From: Octopus sinensis
Taxonomy: Eukaryota
Direction of reading: 5' to 3'
DNA length: 64,000 bases
Assembly: GCF_006345805.1 (NCBI RefSeq)
Contig: NC_043014.1
Location: forward strand, 42,346,001-42,410,000
The notes below the pieces were generated by a model. That model saw only the letters and a list, made by a program, of their open reading frames with translations, was not told where the DNA came from and did no database searches. Both the position numbers and the translations under genes were made by a program. Numbering within the stretch: position 1 is the stretch's first letter; the number at the start of each line of letters is the position of its first letter. Of this stretch, positions 62,071 to 64,000 are shown one piece after another.

Positions 62071-63376
62071 ATAGGAAAAGGAAAGATCCAGAGAAGGGAA
62101 GACGGAGGAAAAAAAATCGCCAACGGTACACACACAGTCATATATATATATACACACACATATATATATATACACACACACATATATATATATCCTCTTA
62201 TAATGATTGTACGTATTGTATCGTATTACTCATTCATGTACGCTGTTTTGTTATATATTTTTATGTTTAACCTTAATGTTCTTATGTAGTGGTTCGATAA
62301 AGTATGTGATTGGGTATTATCTGGTAGTTGATTAATGATTTAGATGTATTTCTCCATTTTCTGATTTTATATATATATATATTGTTGTGTTTCGGAATGG
62401 TCACTTTGCCAGTTTAGCCAATAAAAACACACGCACTATATATTTGGTGTTACTTTGCTTCAGTGTTATTCCTTTATATTTATATATATATATATATTAT
62501 ATATGTGACATTAAGCTGATGTTGTATCACCAGCCCCGATCCTGATCCAAAAGATTATGTCAGCAATAAACAAGCTAACCTCCCTGTCTACTATGAAGAG
62601 ATTACGAAACCATATTTATCAATATTGATTTAAAACTACTTCGAAGTTACGAAAGAATTTTAAGATCTGTTTTTACGACAGCTAAGGCATGTTATCTATG
62701 GTTCTTCTACGCAAGAAAGATCCTCGGTTACGCTAGCTTGGAATGGTTGAAAGCGCGACGGAAAATGAAACAATTACATCAAATCAATGATGCTGGTGAT
62801 GATGACGACGATGACGATGATGATTCAGTGCATAATTCAATGCATATGTAAATATGGAGAAGTCACTCCCACACAAATGATTCAACAAAAAAAGGCTGAC
62901 TGATGTTTGATGTTTCATGAATTTCTGAAGATCGGAGAAAGAACAAAAAAAAAAAAAGAAAAAAAAAAGAAAAATGAAAGAAAGAAAAAAAGCCCAAAGC
63001 ATTTCGAGTCCTTTAGCAATGCCAGAAATATCTGAAGAACTTACTATCTCAAGGTCTATTGTTGTTATTATTAGAAGTCACATCATCAATGAGATAAAAG
63101 TTGGTAAAACAATACAATTAACAAAACTGGGATCTGGTTTATTTTTAGCTACCCCACCCCCTTCGTTTTATCTACTAAATGTACTGCATTCTGATGACAG
63201 CTCTTTGCTGAAAGGAAAGTAGTACTGTACCTATGTACAGTACATAACAAAAGGCAATGGGGGTGCCTCTAAACTGTCAGTCGATCTACTAACAAAATAG
63301 CAGCCAAAGACCCCTCAGATTACTTTATATTATCTTAAAATAAGGACACATTAGACAATATATATATATATATATA

Positions 63377-63593
63377 CTCTTTTACTTGTTTCAGTCATTT
63401 GACTGCGGCCACGCTGGAGCACCGCCTTTAATCGAGCAACTCGACCCCGGGACTTATTCTTTGTAAGCCCAGTACTTATTCTATCAGTCTCTTTTGCCGA
63501 ACCGCTAAGTGACGGGGACATAAACACACCAGCTTTGGTTGTCAAGCAATGTTGGAGGAGGGGGCTGGACAAACACAGACATACAAACATACA

Positions 63594-63633
<40 letters not shown>

Positions 63634-63776
63634 TACGACGGTCTTCTTTCAGTTTCCGTCTACCAAATCCACTCACAAGGCTTTGGTCGGCCCAAGGCCA
63701 CTTGCCCAAGGTGCCACGCTGTAGGACTGAACCTGGAACCATGTGGTTGGTAAGCAAGCTACTTACCACACAGCAG
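63377..63776 (-). mobile_element. SINE family A, full length
   Basis: Same tail, (TA)n, core and head as the other copies. Confidence 0.85.
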
Positions 63777-64000
63777 CTCCAAGACATTTTTTTATTTATT
63801 TATGGAAGAGGTGGGGAGGGAAACAAAACAAAATTCATCTTGCCGAAACAACCCTTTTTTTGTAAAATAAAACCAAAAAGAAAAAACCTCACCAAAAAAA
63901 AAAACATAAAAAAAAACAGGGGCATGTTCTTGGGATTCAGACCTAGGGACACCTGGGTTTGTCATCCAACAGTGAAGAAAACGCAATAGTAATAGAACAT

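Overview
AT-rich, microsatellite- and SINE-dense eukaryotic DNA. The repeat families resemble those I recall from Octopus/coleoid cephalopods; this taxon call is an inference, not a database result. The only convincing protein-coding gene is a 1912-aa AF4/FMR2 (AFF/lilliputian) family super-elongation-complex scaffold on the minus strand (3846-9584). Its whole CDS is one uninterrupted ORF, and it appears to carry two copies each of the ELL-binding-like and AF9/ENL-binding-like motifs. The rest is non-coding. It includes at least three tRNA-derived SINE types (often multimeric or nested), 3' remnants of RTE-clade LINEs, a mariner remnant, piggyBac-, hAT-, Helitron- and Merlin-like non-autonomous elements, several minisatellite arrays, long microsatellites, and a pair of Penelope-type fragments with minimal hammerhead ribozyme motifs (about 61.7-62.1 kb). 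By eye, CpG content alternates in large domains: depleted about 10-28.7 kb and 51.4-58.7 kb, retained about 28.9-50.2 kb and beyond 58.8 kb. This hints at transcription-unit boundaries. Most short ORFs in the supplied track are microsatellite or repeat artefacts. Repeat boundaries are approximate unless TIR/TSD coordinates are quoted.
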